Positions 47,948 through 59,035 of a stretch of 64,000 bases of DNA are shown here, piece by piece (within the stretch, counting starts at the first letter, position 1; each line of letters starts with the position of its first letter). The notes under the pieces were generated by a model. It was not told the DNA's origin and searched no databases. It saw only the letters and a list, made by a program, of their open reading frames with translations. Both the position numbers and the translations under genes were made by a program. The stretch comes from Dehalococcoidia bacterium (GTDB lineage: Bacteria > Chloroflexota > Dehalococcoidia > SHYB01): positions 604,062 to 668,061 of the forward strand of contig CBDCOW010000001.1 of NCBI GenBank assembly GCA_965219875.1, in the 5' to 3' direction.

Positions 47948-49024
47948 GTGGCCGACAACGAAGCCGCAGGCGCCGTCGAAGACGTCGCCGCAGAAGCTGC
48001 GACCGGTTCCAACGGAGCGTCGTCCGATTCCAACGAGTTCCTTCTCGACGTCCAGGATCTCAGGACCTACTTCTACACGCACACCGGCGTCGTCAAAGCC
48101 GTCGATGGCGTGGACTGGAACCTGAAGGAAGGCGAGACCCTCGCCCTCGTAGGCGAAAGCGGCTCGGGCAAGAGCGTGAGCGCCCTTTCCGTGATGCGCC
48201 TGATTCCGGAGCCGCCGGGCAAGATCGTCAGCGGTAAGATCCTGTTCCAGGGCAAGGACATGGTCCAGATGCCGGCGGATCAGATCCGGAAGATCCGGGG
48301 CAACCAGATCTCGATGGTCTTCCAGGAGCCCATGACCTCGTTGAACCCGGTGTTGACTATCAGCCGCCAGCTCACCGAGACTTTGGAGCTGCACCTGGAC
48401 TTGGACAAGAGAGCCGCCAAGGACCGCGCCATCGAGCTGCTCGACATCGTCGGTATTCCCGACGCGGGCCGACGGGTCGACGACTATCCCCACCAGTTCA
48501 GCGGCGGCATGCGCCAGCGCGTGATGATCGCTATGGCGCTGTCGTGCGACCCCAAGCTGATCATCGCCGACGAGCCCACGACGGCGCTCGACGTGACGAT
48601 TCAGGCGCAGGTGCTCGAGGTCATCAACGAGCTCGCGCAGCAGTTCAACACCTCGATCATGATCATCACCCACAACCTGGGCGTCGTGGCCCGCCACGCC
48701 GACCGGGTGAACGTGATGTACGCGGGGCACATCGTGGAGACCTCCACAGCGTTGAAGGTCTACGGCGACCCCCACCATCCCTACACCGAGGGCCTGCTGC
48801 AGTCGGTGCCGCGCCTCGACGAGACGGTCAGGCAGCGGCTGGTGCCTATCGAAGGGCAGCCGCCCGACCTCTCGAACCTGCCCGTGGGCTGCCCCTTCCA
48901 GCCCCGCTGCCGCTACGCGTTCGACCGATGTAAGGAAGAGAACCCGCCCCTGATCCCCGTGGCCGATGACCACTGGACCGCCTGCTGGTACGACATGAAG
49001 GAAGGAAAGCCGAGGGCCGTATGA
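47948..49024 (+). CDS. ABC transporter ATP-binding protein (DppD/OppD-like), second ATPase pair
   Basis: Walker A GESGSGKS, signature FSGGMRQR, Walker B IIADEP. Confidence 0.8.
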   Translation: MADNEAAGAVEDVAAEAATGSNGASSDSNEFLLDVQDLRTYFYTHTGVVKAVDGVDWNLKEGETLALVGESGSGKSVSALSVMRLIPEPPGKIVSGKILFQGKDMVQMPADQIRKIRGNQISMVFQEPMTSLNPVLTISRQLTETLELHLDLDKRAAKDRAIELLDIVGIPDAGRRVDDYPHQFSGGMRQRVMIAMALSCDPKLIIADEPTTALDVTIQAQVLEVINELAQQFNTSIMIITHNLGVVARHADRVNVMYAGHIVETSTALKVYGDPHHPYTEGLLQSVPRLDETVRQRLVPIEGQPPDLSNLPVGCPFQPRCRYAFDRCKEENPPLIPVADDHWTACWYDMKEGKPRAV

Positions 49025-50067
49025 CGCAGGAAGCCGCTACCCAAGCCGCCGCACAAGACACCGCCGCCAACGGCGGCCGGACCGCCGCCCACGGCGAACT
49101 CCTGCTTGAGGTCCGCAACCTCAAGATGTACTTCCCTGTGACCCAGGGGATCGTCTTCCAGCGGAAGGTCGCCGATATCAAAGCCGTAGACGACGTCAGT
49201 TTCCACATCAACCGCGGCGAGACCTTGGGCCTCGTCGGCGAGAGCGGCTGCGGCAAGACCACCACGGGCAGGGCCATCCTCCAGCTCTACCAGCCCACCG
49301 ACGGCTCGGTGGTCTACGATGGCCGCGACCTCACCGCGATGCGACCGTCCGAGATGCGGCCGATGCGGCAGCGGATGCAGATCATCTTCCAAGACCCCTA
49401 CGGCTCCCTGAACCCCCGCATGACCGCGGGCGGCATCATCGGCGAGCCGCTGGTCATTCACAACCTGGCATCCACCAAGGAAGAGCGCAACGCGCGGGTT
49501 GAAGAACTGCTCACCATTGTGGGGCTCAACCCCCACATGAAAGACCGCTACCCCCATGAGTTCTCCGGCGGCCAGCGCCAGCGCATCGGGGTCGCCCGGG
49601 CGCTCGCGGTGCAGCCCGACCTGATCGTCTGCGACGAGCCGGTCTCGGCGCTCGACGTCTCGATTCAAGCCCAGATCATCAACCTTCTGGAAGAGCTCCA
49701 GGAGCAGTTCGGCCTGACCTACCTGTTCATCGCCCACGACCTCGCCGTTGTCCGTCACATCAGCGACCGCATCGCCGTCATGTACCTCGGCAAGGTCATG
49801 GAGCTTGCCGACCGCAACGAGCTCTACGAGAACCCGCTGCACCCCTACACCAAGGCGCTGCTCTCCGCCGTCCCGGTTCCCGACCCGGTGGTCGAGGCCA
49901 AGCGCGAGCGCATCGTCCTGCAAGGCGACGTGCCGAGCCCGCTCAACCCGCCCACCGGTTGCGTCTTCCACACGCGCTGCCCCATCGCCATCGACGTCTG
50001 CAAGGCGGAGATACCGGAGTGGCGCGAGATGGCCAAGGACCACTTCGTCGCCTGCCACCGCGTCTAG
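49021..50067 (+). CDS. ABC transporter ATP-binding protein (DppF/OppF-like)
   Basis: Walker [10 protein letters not shown], signature FSGGQRQR. Confidence 0.8.
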   Translation: MTQEAATQAAAQDTAANGGRTAAHGELLLEVRNLKMYFPVTQGIVFQRKVADIKAVDDVSFHINRGETLGLVGESGCGKTTTGRAILQLYQPTDGSVVYDGRDLTAMRPSEMRPMRQRMQIIFQDPYGSLNPRMTAGGIIGEPLVIHNLASTKEERNARVEELLTIVGLNPHMKDRYPHEFSGGQRQRIGVARALAVQPDLIVCDEPVSALDVSIQAQIINLLEELQEQFGLTYLFIAHDLAVVRHISDRIAVMYLGKVMELADRNELYENPLHPYTKALLSAVPVPDPVVEAKRERIVLQGDVPSPLNPPTGCVFHTRCPIAIDVCKAEIPEWREMAKDHFVACHRV

Positions 50068-50069
50068 AC

Positions 50070-50290
50070 GCGCATTCGACAAACGGCTGCTTTCGAGGGC
50101 GTCCCGAAATGGGGCGCCCTCGTTTTTTGCCGTTGACCCTCTCCTTTGGAGACCTGTGCAAAGCGTTAGCGCGGAGGGAACGGGCGCCCACAAGGGGCGC
50201 CCCTACGGGAGGGGATGGATTCCCGCGAAAGCGGGAAGATCTCCTTTGGGACACGCTTGCGTGACCCGCTTGGCGGCATCAAACAACCAT
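50070..50290. repeat. REP/MITE-like repeat cluster: GGAGACCTGTGCAAAGC variant, GGGCGCCCACAAGGGGCGCCCCTACGGGAGGG hairpin module, GGATGGATTCCCGCGAAAGCGGGAAG hairpin module
   Basis: same modules recur at 53776, 57208, 58670, 58835. Confidence 0.6.
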
Positions 50291-50400
50291 TATCTACTTG
50301 ACGTTTTCTAGCAGGGGTGCCAAGATCAGGCTATGCGGTTGGGAGGGCTGCCTTAGCGGTCCGTTGAGACATGGTTCTCGCCCGGCCGCCTTTTCTTTGT

Positions 50401-51129
50401 ATGCACCTGTTATATCTAGACGACGCTGGTTCGGTTGGGAATCCGAACGACAAGCACTTCATTCTAGCGGGAATCGCCGTATTCGAGCGTCAGGCCCATT
50501 GGCTTGACGCCGAACTGGAGAAACTGGCTGCAAGTCTTGGATATAGCAATCCCGCCAACATCGAGTTCCATGGGGGTCAGATTCTTTCGGGCCGCGGTCT
50601 CTGGCGACGGGAGCCAACAGTTGAGCGCCGCAGCATCATAAGGCGCGGGCTAGAAACGGCGCGGGCGCTTCTTGGAGACTGGCGGCTCTTCGGGGCTGTG
50701 GTCGACAAGCGTGAACGCTCTCCTGAGGACCCGACCGAATACGCCTTCGAGCAACTCTGCAACAGGTTTGATCGTTTTCTCCAGCGCTTGCACCATCAGG
50801 GTGACAGCCAGAGAGGACTGATCGTTCTGGACAAGTCTACGAGGGAAACGCGACTCCAATCCCTTGCTGCTGAATTCAAAACAGCAGGACATCGATGGGG
50901 TGTCACCCGGAATCTGGCCGACGTGCCATTCTTCGTCGATTCGAAGGCGACGCGCCTAATCCAGTATGCCGATCTCGTTTCTTACGCGTTGTGGCGGAAA
51001 TTCGAGAAGCAGGACGACGAGTTCTTCGATGCGGTCTCGGATGCCTTTGACCGGGAGGGAAGCGTCGTCCACGGTCTTCATCACTACAAGAACCGTAGCG
51101 AGTTCTGTGACTGCCCCGGTTGCGCTTGA
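50401..51129 (+). CDS. DUF3800-family protein with C-terminal CxCxxC-type Cys cluster
   Basis: starts MHLLYLDDAGS...FILAGIAV (DUF3800 N-terminal signature YiDESG-like); AT-richer than flanks; ends ...EFCDCPGCA. Confidence 0.5.
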   Translation: MHLLYLDDAGSVGNPNDKHFILAGIAVFERQAHWLDAELEKLAASLGYSNPANIEFHGGQILSGRGLWRREPTVERRSIIRRGLETARALLGDWRLFGAVVDKRERSPEDPTEYAFEQLCNRFDRFLQRLHHQGDSQRGLIVLDKSTRETRLQSLAAEFKTAGHRWGVTRNLADVPFFVDSKATRLIQYADLVSYALWRKFEKQDDEFFDAVSDAFDREGSVVHGLHHYKNRSEFCDCPGCA

Positions 51130-51150
51130 CTTCCTGATCAGCCCGGCGAC

Positions 51151-52704
51151 ATGCGCTGGATGTCGCACTGGCGTACCACCGAGGAAAGCGCGACATTGAC
51201 CCCTGTCGGTAAGGGCGTCTATACTGAACTTCCGTTCCTTGGTGGCTTCGATTCTCCCGAACGCTCGGCTGCGGCGCAGTGTAAGGAACAAGTGCTCGAA
51301 AGTCTGAAGGAGAGTTGCGGCGTCTTCGGCGTCTACGCCCCTGGCGAAGACGTATCCCGTATCACCTTCTTCGGCATCTACGCTCTCCAGCACCGCGGGC
51401 AGGAGAGCGCGGGCATCGCGACCGGCGACGGTTCGCGCCTCCACCTGCACACCCGCATGGGGCTGGTGAACCAGGCGTTCGAGGAGCACGACCTCGAGCG
51501 CCTCACCGGCCACCTTGCCATCGGGCACACCCGCTACTCGACGACCGGCTCGAGCCGGGCGCACAACGCGCAGCCCTTGCTCGTCAAAGGGCCGTGGGGA
51601 CCGTTGGCCCTGGCCCACAACGGGAACGTCGTCAACGCCCTCGAGCTGCGGCGCGGCCTCGAAAAGGAAGGCATCGTCTTCCAGACGGCGACCGACTCCG
51701 AGGTGATCGCGTGGCTGATCGCCACCGCCCCCGGCCATGATTGGCAGGAGCGCGTCCGCTACGCCATGGGACGCCTTCGCGGGGCGTACAGCCTCGCCAT
51801 CGCCACGCCCGATGCCTTGATCGCCTGCCGCGACCCCTTGGGCGTGCGGCCCCTGTGCTTCGGGCGGTACAAGGATGGCTGGGTCGTCGCATCTGAGACG
51901 TGCGCCCTCGACCACTTGGGCGCCGAGCTAGAGCGGGAGATCCATCCAGGCGAGGCGCTGGTGATCGACGGGGACGGGCTCCACCTGTGGCAGGCGGCCC
52001 CGAGCAAGAAGCGCGCCTCCTGCGTCTTCGAGAACATCTACTTTTCCCGCCCCGACAGCATGGCCGGCGAGGCGCTGATCTACCAGCAACGCGAAGCGAT
52101 GGGCGCGGAGCTTGCCAGGGAGCATCCCGTCGAGGCCGACTTGGTGACCGGCGTCCCCGACTCCGCCACCGCCGCCGGCTTCGGCTACGCCCGCGAGTCC
52201 GGCATCCCCTACAGCGACATCTTGGTGAAGAACCGGTACGTGGGGCGGACCTTCATCCAGCCCGATCAGGGGCTGCGCGATCGCGGCGTCGCGCTCAAGT
52301 TCAACCCCTTGCCGGAGGTGGTGCGCGGCAAGCGTATCGTCCTCGTCGACGACAGCATCGTGCGCGGCACGACGACGCCGCATGTGGTGAACCTGGTGAG
52401 GCGCTCCGGCGCCTCCGAGGTGCACGTGCGCGTCTGCGCCCCGCCCATCCGCTGGCCGTGTCACTTCGGAGTCGACATGGCTACGAGGGGCGAGCTGATC
52501 GCCGCGAAGACGTCGGTCGAGCAGATACGCCGGATCATCGGCGCCGACTCGCTGGGCTACCTCAGCGTCGAGGGGCTCTCCAAGGTCGTCGAGGGCGACG
52601 GCGCGACGTCCAACGGCTCGCGCTTCTGTAAGGCCTGTTTCACCGGCAAGTACCCCATCCCCGTCCAGCTTGAGCTCGACAAGTTCGCGCTGGAAACGGT
52701 GTAG
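51151..52704 (+). CDS. purF: amidophosphoribosyltransferase (true start probably downstream, short propeptide before Cys at 51316)
   Basis: CGVFGVY N-terminal nucleophile, PRTase motif VLVDDSIVRGTT. Confidence 0.85.
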   Translation: MRWMSHWRTTEESATLTPVGKGVYTELPFLGGFDSPERSAAAQCKEQVLESLKESCGVFGVYAPGEDVSRITFFGIYALQHRGQESAGIATGDGSRLHLHTRMGLVNQAFEEHDLERLTGHLAIGHTRYSTTGSSRAHNAQPLLVKGPWGPLALAHNGNVVNALELRRGLEKEGIVFQTATDSEVIAWLIATAPGHDWQERVRYAMGRLRGAYSLAIATPDALIACRDPLGVRPLCFGRYKDGWVVASETCALDHLGAELEREIHPGEALVIDGDGLHLWQAAPSKKRASCVFENIYFSRPDSMAGEALIYQQREAMGAELAREHPVEADLVTGVPDSATAAGFGYARESGIPYSDILVKNRYVGRTFIQPDQGLRDRGVALKFNPLPEVVRGKRIVLVDDSIVRGTTTPHVVNLVRRSGASEVHVRVCAPPIRWPCHFGVDMATRGELIAAKTSVEQIRRIIGADSLGYLSVEGLSKVVEGDGATSNGSRFCKACFTGKYPIPVQLELDKFALETV

Positions 52705-52710
52705 CCGGCG

Positions 52711-53751
52711 ATGGGGAAGGGCTCCGGGAGCGGCGCGGGCGCGCTGACCTACGCCGACGCCGGCGTCGACATCGACGCAGGCGAACGGGCCGCCGCGCTC
52801 ATCAAGCCCCTGGCGGCCTCGACGCGCCGCCCTGAAGTCGTCGGTGGCGTCGGATTCTTCGGCGGCCTCTTCGAGCTCGGCGGCTACGCCAACCCCGTCC
52901 TCGTCTCCAGCACCGACTCCGTGGGCACCAAGGTGCTGCTCGCCATCCAGATGGGCCGTTTCTGCACCATCGGCGTCGACCTGGTGAACCACTGCGTCAA
53001 CGACATTTTCGTCGGCGGCGCGGAGCCCCTCTTCTTCCTCGACTACATCGGCCTGGGCAAGCTCGATCCCGAGCAGGTCGAGCGCCTCGTCATGGGGGTG
53101 GCCTCGGCCTGCCGCGACAACAACTGCGCCCTTGTCGGCGGGGAGACGGCCGAGCTGCCCGGCCTCTATAAGCGCGGCGACTTCGATCTCGTCGGCTTCA
53201 TCGTCGGCGCCGTCGAGCGCGACGGCGTCATCGACGGCAGCGGCATTCAATGCGGCGACGCGATCTTGGGCCTCCCGTCCAGCGGTCTGCATACCAACGG
53301 CTACACCCTGGCGCGGCGCGCCCTGGGCACCGACGACGACCCCCGGCGGCTCGACGAGCGCCACGACGCCCTCGGCGGGACGCTGGGCGAGGCGCTCCTC
53401 GAACCGCACCGCTCCTACGTGAAGCCGTTGGGGCCCGCGCTGGAGTGGATTCGCGGCATGGCGCACATAACCGGCGGCGGCTTGCCCGGCAACGTTCCGC
53501 GCGTCCTTCCCGCCGGACTCGCCGCCCGGTTCGACCGCTCGGCATGGGAGGTCCCCGAGATCTTCCGTATGATTCAGCGGGCGGGCGGTGTTCCCGAAGA
53601 AGAAATGTGGCGCGCCTTCAACATGGGGATCGGCATGGCGGTCTTCACCGCGCCGGAGCACGTGGGCGCGATCCTCGAACGGGTCCCGGAAGCTTTCCCC
53701 ATCGGTGAAGTCGTCGAACAGGGCGGCAGCGAGCGGGTTTTGCTCGACTAG
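52711..53751 (+). CDS. purM: phosphoribosylformylglycinamidine cyclo-ligase
   Basis: AIR synthase-like N/C domains, DSVGTK motif. Confidence 0.85.
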   Translation: MGKGSGSGAGALTYADAGVDIDAGERAAALIKPLAASTRRPEVVGGVGFFGGLFELGGYANPVLVSSTDSVGTKVLLAIQMGRFCTIGVDLVNHCVNDIFVGGAEPLFFLDYIGLGKLDPEQVERLVMGVASACRDNNCALVGGETAELPGLYKRGDFDLVGFIVGAVERDGVIDGSGIQCGDAILGLPSSGLHTNGYTLARRALGTDDDPRRLDERHDALGGTLGEALLEPHRSYVKPLGPALEWIRGMAHITGGGLPGNVPRVLPAGLAARFDRSAWEVPEIFRMIQRAGGVPEEEMWRAFNMGIGMAVFTAPEHVGAILERVPEAFPIGEVVEQGGSERVLLD

Positions 53752-53759
53752 CGCGATAC

Positions 53760-53860
53760 GGGGATGGCCCCCACGGGACCGGGCGCCCACAAGGGGCGGC
53801 CACAAGGGACCGGGCGCCCACAAGGGGCGCCCCTACGGGAGAGGCTAGTTTGAGAAGCAG
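53760..53860. repeat. two tandem copies of the GGGCGCCCACAAGGGGCG(C/G)CC hairpin module between purM and purH
   Basis: read directly. Confidence 0.6.
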
Positions 53861-53869
53861 GAGCGTGGC

Positions 53870-55222
53870 GTGAAGGCAATCGTCGGCGTTTGGGATGACC
53901 GTGGACTCTCCGTTTTCCTCGACCGCCTGCGGATGGCCGGCGGGTTCGACGTGGTCCCCGCCGGAAGGGCCGTCGGCGTGAAGGAAATCGAAGGCTCCGG
54001 CCTTGTGGTGATGAACCTCCGTCCCTTCCCCGGCACGGTCGAAGACATCGACATCGGCGGGACGGCGCTCTTACGCGCCGCGGCGAAGCGCTTCGCCGCC
54101 GTCGCCGTAGTCGTCGACCCCGACGACTACCCCTGGGTCGCGGCAGCGCTCACCGGCGGCGGTCTTTCGCTCGGCCAGCGGCGCACGCTGGCACACAAGG
54201 CGTTCCAGCACGTCTCGGCCTACGACGCCTCGGTGGCCGCCTCCCTGCGCGGCGACGAGGACCCCTCCGACCCGACGCTGGGCCCCGACCTCGTTATCGG
54301 GCTGCGGCGGCTCCAAAGCCTCCGCTACGGAGAGAACCCGCATCAGAAGTCGGCGTTCTACCAGGAGCTCCCCGCCCGTGCCGGCGTCATCGCAACGGCG
54401 AGGCAGCTGCACGGCAAGGAGCTCTCCCACAACAACATCATCGACGCCGACGCGGCCTGGTCCGTCGCGCGCGACTTCGATGAGCAGACCTTCGCCATCG
54501 TCAAGCACACCAATCCCTGCGGTCTCGCCGCACGCACCGATCAGGCCGAGGCCTACCGGCTCGCCTTCGCCGGCGACCCCGTCTCCGCCTTCGGCGGGAT
54601 CGCCGCCTGCAACCGCGAGCTGACCCTCGCCGCCGCCGAGGAGATGCGCAAGATCTTCTTCGAGATCGTCATCGCCCCAGCGTTCCAGGCCGATGCGTTG
54701 GCGCTGCTGCGGAAGAAGCGCGATCTACGCATCCTGGAAATCAGCGGGGGCGCGGACGGCCCGCCGCCGCTCGACTACCGTCGCGTGTCGGGCGGCATGC
54801 TGGTGCAGACCCCCGACGAACTCGCCGAAAACCCGAAGTCGTGGCGGGTCGTGACCGGCCGCGTCCCCTCCTCCGACGAGCTCGCCGAGCTCGCCTTCGC
54901 GTGGAGGGCGGTGAAGCACGTCAAGTCCAACGCCATCGTCCTCACCAAGGAGCGGGCGCTGCGCGGCATGGGCGCGGGCCAGCCCAACCGGGTGACGAGC
55001 GTGCAACTCGCGCTGCGGGCCGCCGGCGACGAGGCCAAGGGATGCGTGGTGGCGTCCGACGCCTTCTTCCCCTTCGCCGACGGGGTCGAAGCCGCCGCCG
55101 AGGGCGGCGTCACCGCGATCGTCCAGCCGGGCGGCTCCATCCGCGACGAAGAGGTCATCGCCGCCGCCGACGCGGCGGGCCTCGCGATGGTCTTCACCGG
55201 CACGCGCCACTTCAAGCATTAG
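53870..55222 (+). CDS. purH: bifunctional AICAR transformylase/IMP cyclohydrolase
   Basis: DIGGTALLRAAAKRF, GENPHQ, GGSIRD, TGTRHFKH motifs. Confidence 0.8.
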   Translation: MKAIVGVWDDRGLSVFLDRLRMAGGFDVVPAGRAVGVKEIEGSGLVVMNLRPFPGTVEDIDIGGTALLRAAAKRFAAVAVVVDPDDYPWVAAALTGGGLSLGQRRTLAHKAFQHVSAYDASVAASLRGDEDPSDPTLGPDLVIGLRRLQSLRYGENPHQKSAFYQELPARAGVIATARQLHGKELSHNNIIDADAAWSVARDFDEQTFAIVKHTNPCGLAARTDQAEAYRLAFAGDPVSAFGGIAACNRELTLAAAEEMRKIFFEIVIAPAFQADALALLRKKRDLRILEISGGADGPPPLDYRRVSGGMLVQTPDELAENPKSWRVVTGRVPSSDELAELAFAWRAVKHVKSNAIVLTKERALRGMGAGQPNRVTSVQLALRAAGDEAKGCVVASDAFFPFADGVEAAAEGGVTAIVQPGGSIRDEEVIAAADAAGLAMVFTGTRHFKH

Positions 55223-55240
55223 CCGGAGTGGTGGGGCGCG

Positions 55241-55642
55241 TCAGCGGAAAGCGAGTTGCGGGGGCCGGTGCTCGAGGATGCTCTTGATGTAGTTCATCAA
55301 GAGGCTCAAGTAGTCCGAGAAACGGTCGTGTTTCTTGAACCGCTTGAGGATCGTGGGCTTGACCCGTTCCCAGCCCACCGCCATCTCGGGGAATTTCACG
55401 AGGAAGACCTTCTCGAAGTCTTCTATCTCGACTCCCACGACTTCGCCGGTCTCGGGATCGAAGCGAATCCACACGTAGCCGGCGACGTCGAGGGACACCG
55501 CAGGCCGCTTCGGGGTCTCATGGATGAACAGCACGTCCCGCCCCTTGTCGTAGGAATAGGAAAAGCCTGCGTAGTCTTGCTTCCAGCGAAGCCTTGGGAC
55601 CGGGGGAGACAAATTGGGCTGATCGTCTAGCGCCTTGACCAT
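55241..55642 (-). CDS. DUF2283 domain protein with C-terminal extension (putative antitoxin-like partner)
   Basis: YSYDKGRDVLFIHE...DPETGEVVGVEIEDF matches DUF2283 pattern YDxEADxLYI...G.lvGIEI; ATG 55642; AT-richer region. Confidence 0.5.
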   Translation of the reverse strand: MVKALDDQPNLSPPVPRLRWKQDYAGFSYSYDKGRDVLFIHETPKRPAVSLDVAGYVWIRFDPETGEVVGVEIEDFEKVFLVKFPEMAVGWERVKPTILKRFKKHDRFSDYLSLLMNYIKSILEHRPPQLAFR

Positions 55643-55971
55643 AGCAGCATGTCTCCGTGTTTGATATTGGCAGTCAAATACGACGTAATGAGCGTGCCTG
55701 TTGCGGTTTGCCCGGAGCCTCGATACCCAACAACTACCAAAAGGTAGTACTGCTGGAGTGGTGGTGGAAGGACGTGAGGGCGGTAGTAGAGCCTCCTGTT
55801 CGCAAAACGACCGCTTTGGTAGACGTAGAGAGGGTCTCTGAGGGCCGTGCAAACAGCGGCCTCATGGCCCTGCATCTCAGGGTGTTCTTCAACAACGTGC
55901 CGTTCCCACGTCTCCCTGTCGCATCTAACCGTGCATCCTTCTCGGTCCGTGCACCGAAATGCGTCTGGCAT
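55627..55971 (-). CDS. DUF4258 domain protein (putative toxin-like partner)
   Basis: TVRCDRETWERH...YYLLVVVGYR...TLITSY resembles DUF4258 pattern (i.ft.HA.eR ... lvVVv ... viTay); 16-nt overlap with downstream DUF2283 gene. Confidence 0.45.
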   Translation of the reverse strand: MPDAFRCTDREGCTVRCDRETWERHVVEEHPEMQGHEAAVCTALRDPLYVYQSGRFANRRLYYRPHVLPPPLQQYYLLVVVGYRGSGQTATGTLITSYLTANIKHGDMLLWSRR

Positions 55972-56041
55972 CGACAGTTTTTACCCTGCGACGCCACTAT
56001 AGCAGATGCAATAGAGATTTCTCAAAGACGGGAGGAGGGCC

Positions 56042-57055
<1,014 letters not shown>

Positions 57056-57099
57056 AACGCCTCCAAGTTTGCGCCGCCGGCCCACGGGCCCATTCCGGC

Positions 57100-57260
57100 T
57101 TGCCTAACCGGGCTCTAACTCTATCATAATGGGGGCGTTCGTCCGGCCTGGGCGGGCTCTCTCGGGGATGGGGCGATTCGCGTATCGCCCCTACGGGAGG
57201 CCGGAGGGGAGGGCGCCCACAAGGGACGCCCCTACGGGAAGGGAACTATCCGGAAAGGAC
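57100..57260. repeat. REP-like hairpin modules (GGCGATTCGCGTATCGCCCCTACGGG; GGGCGCCCACAAGGGACGCCCCTACGGG) between gap and the M20 gene
   Basis: read directly. Confidence 0.55.
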
Positions 57261-57265
57261 CGCTC

Positions 57266-58447
57266 ATGGCTACCACTCTCGCCGATGAGGCCGCCGCTCT
57301 TGCCCCGCAGATCGTGGCTCTCCGCCGCGACCTCCACGCGCACCCCGAGCTTGCCTTTAAGGAGACGCGCACCGCTGGGATAGTGGCGGAGCGGCTCGAA
57401 GCCCTGGGCCTTGAGGTGCGGACCGGTGTGGGGCAGACCGGCGTCGTCGGGCTGCTGCGCGGCGCGCGGCCGGGCAAGACGGTCGCCCTCCGGGCGGACA
57501 TCGACGCTCTCCCCATCGAGGAAACGAACGACGCCGGCTACCGGTCGGTCAATCCGGGCGTGATGCATGCCTGAGGGCACGACGGCCACACCGCGGCGGT
57601 CTTAGCCGCGGCCGAAATGCTCGCCCGCCGCCGCGACACCCTGGCGGGTAACGTCAAATTCATCTTCCAGCCCGCCGAGGAGATGGCCGCCGGGGCACCG
57701 GCGATGATCGAGGACGGCGTCCTCGAAGACCCGGCGGTCGACGCCATCTTCGCCTTCCACCTGTGGAACTTCCTGCCCGCCGGCGCCGTCGGGCTGCGCG
57801 CGGGGCCCATCTGGGCCTCCGTGGATCGTCTGCGGATCAAGATCATGGGTCGCGGCGGTCACGCCGCGACCCCGCATCAGACCATCGACCCCATCCCCAC
57901 GGCCTCCCAGGTCGTCCTCGCGCTGCAGACCCTGGTGAGCCGCGAGTCGCGCCTCGGGAGCCCCGCCGTCCTGAGCGTCACGTCGCTCCAGGCGGGGACG
58001 ACGTGGAACGTCATACCCGGCGAGGCGGTGCTTCAGGGCACCCTGCGGACCTTCGACCACGCCCAGCGCGACGTGCTGGTCGAGCGCGCCGAGGACATCG
58101 TGCGCGGCATCTGCCTCGCCGCGCGGGCGGAGTACGAGTTCACGTCGGAGTACCTCGCGCCGCCCGTGGTGAACGACGAAGCGATGACCGAGCTGGTGCG
58201 CGGCGTTGCCGCCCGCGAGCTTGGCCCCGAGTGCGTTGCCTCGGTCGAACAGGCAGCGCTCGGCGACGACATGGCCTTCTTCCTCGACCGCGTCCCGGGC
58301 TGCTACATCATGATGGGATCGCGCAACGAGGCCCGCGGCCTCACCCAAGGCCACCACAACGCCGCCTTCGACTTCGACGAGTCCGTCCTGCCCACGGCGG
58401 CGCGCCTCCTCGCCGCCACGGCGCTCGACTCCCTCGGCGAGTCTTAG
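57266..58447 (+). CDS. M20D-family amidohydrolase (hippurate hydrolase/aminoacylase-like) with in-frame TGA at 57572-57574 replacing the conserved metal-ligand Cys (MHA-TGA-GHDGH); candidate selenoprotein or pseudogene
   Basis: the two ORF-track pieces (57266..57574, 57617..58447) are in one frame and together read a complete M20D protein; the TGA sits exactly where the family has Cys in MHACGHD; hairpin CCGCGGC-GGTCTTA-GCCGCGG begins 16 nt downstream. Confidence 0.55.
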
Positions 58448-58551
58448 CCACGGCTAGTCGAGACCAAGCTCCTTGCCCCAATGGGGCCGCGGCTACGTTG
58501 ACGCCGGCGCACCCCTCCCAGGCCCCCGCCCTCACCCCTGCCTCTCCCGTG

Positions 58552-58755
58552 GGAGACCTTTGCGTAACCGGGGTCGAGGAGGGAGAAGCGCCCTGTCGGG
58601 CGCTCGCGCGCCTAGCGGCGCGCGCCCTCTCTCAAATCTCCCCCAGAGGGGGAGAGGCCGGAGGGGAGGGCGACCACAAGGGTCGCCCCTACGGGAGGGA
58701 TGGATTCCCGCTTTCGCGGGAATGACGGATATGGTCAGGTTACGCAAGGGTCTCC
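58552..58755. mobile_element. MITE-like element (204 bp) bounded by inverted copies of the IS 17-mer (GGAGACCTTTGCGTAACC ... GGTTACGCAAGGGTCTCC), containing the CGCTCGCGCGCCTAGCGGCGCGCGCC, GGGCGACCACAAGGGTCGCCCC and GGATTCCCGCTTTCGCGGGAAT hairpin modules
   Basis: read directly; termini identical to the IS5 element ends at 15395/16610. Confidence 0.55.
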
Positions 58756-58808
58756 AGCGGGAGAGGGGGCAGACCGCCCCGCGCCACCCGTTTTCCGGCT
58801 CACCGGCG

Positions 58809-58900
58809 GGTTACGCAGAGGTCTCCGGAGGGAGGGCGCCCACAAGGGACGCCCCTACGGGCTGCGCTGTTGCGCGGCGCTGGTTGTTGCAAAGGTCTCA
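58809..58900. repeat. two further inverted solo copies of the 17-mer (58809-58826, 58886-58900) flanking another GGGCGCCCACAAGGGACGCCCC module
   Basis: read directly. Confidence 0.55.
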
Positions 58901-59035
58901 TTTCATTCTGGTATCGTAACCGTGCGCCTTCGGGCCCCGCCGCGCTGAGAGAGAGCCGCTCTGCCCACCCCGTTCAAGTCCAACCCGCGCAGGTCCCGGC
59001 CTCGCGCCGCTAGGCCGCTCCGGCCCGCGCAGCCC

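Noticed and set aside
47858-50193. Two long minus-strand ORFs (371 and 426 aa)
   Set aside because: Antisense to the two ABC ATPase genes, which carry Walker A/B and signature motifs. Spurious.
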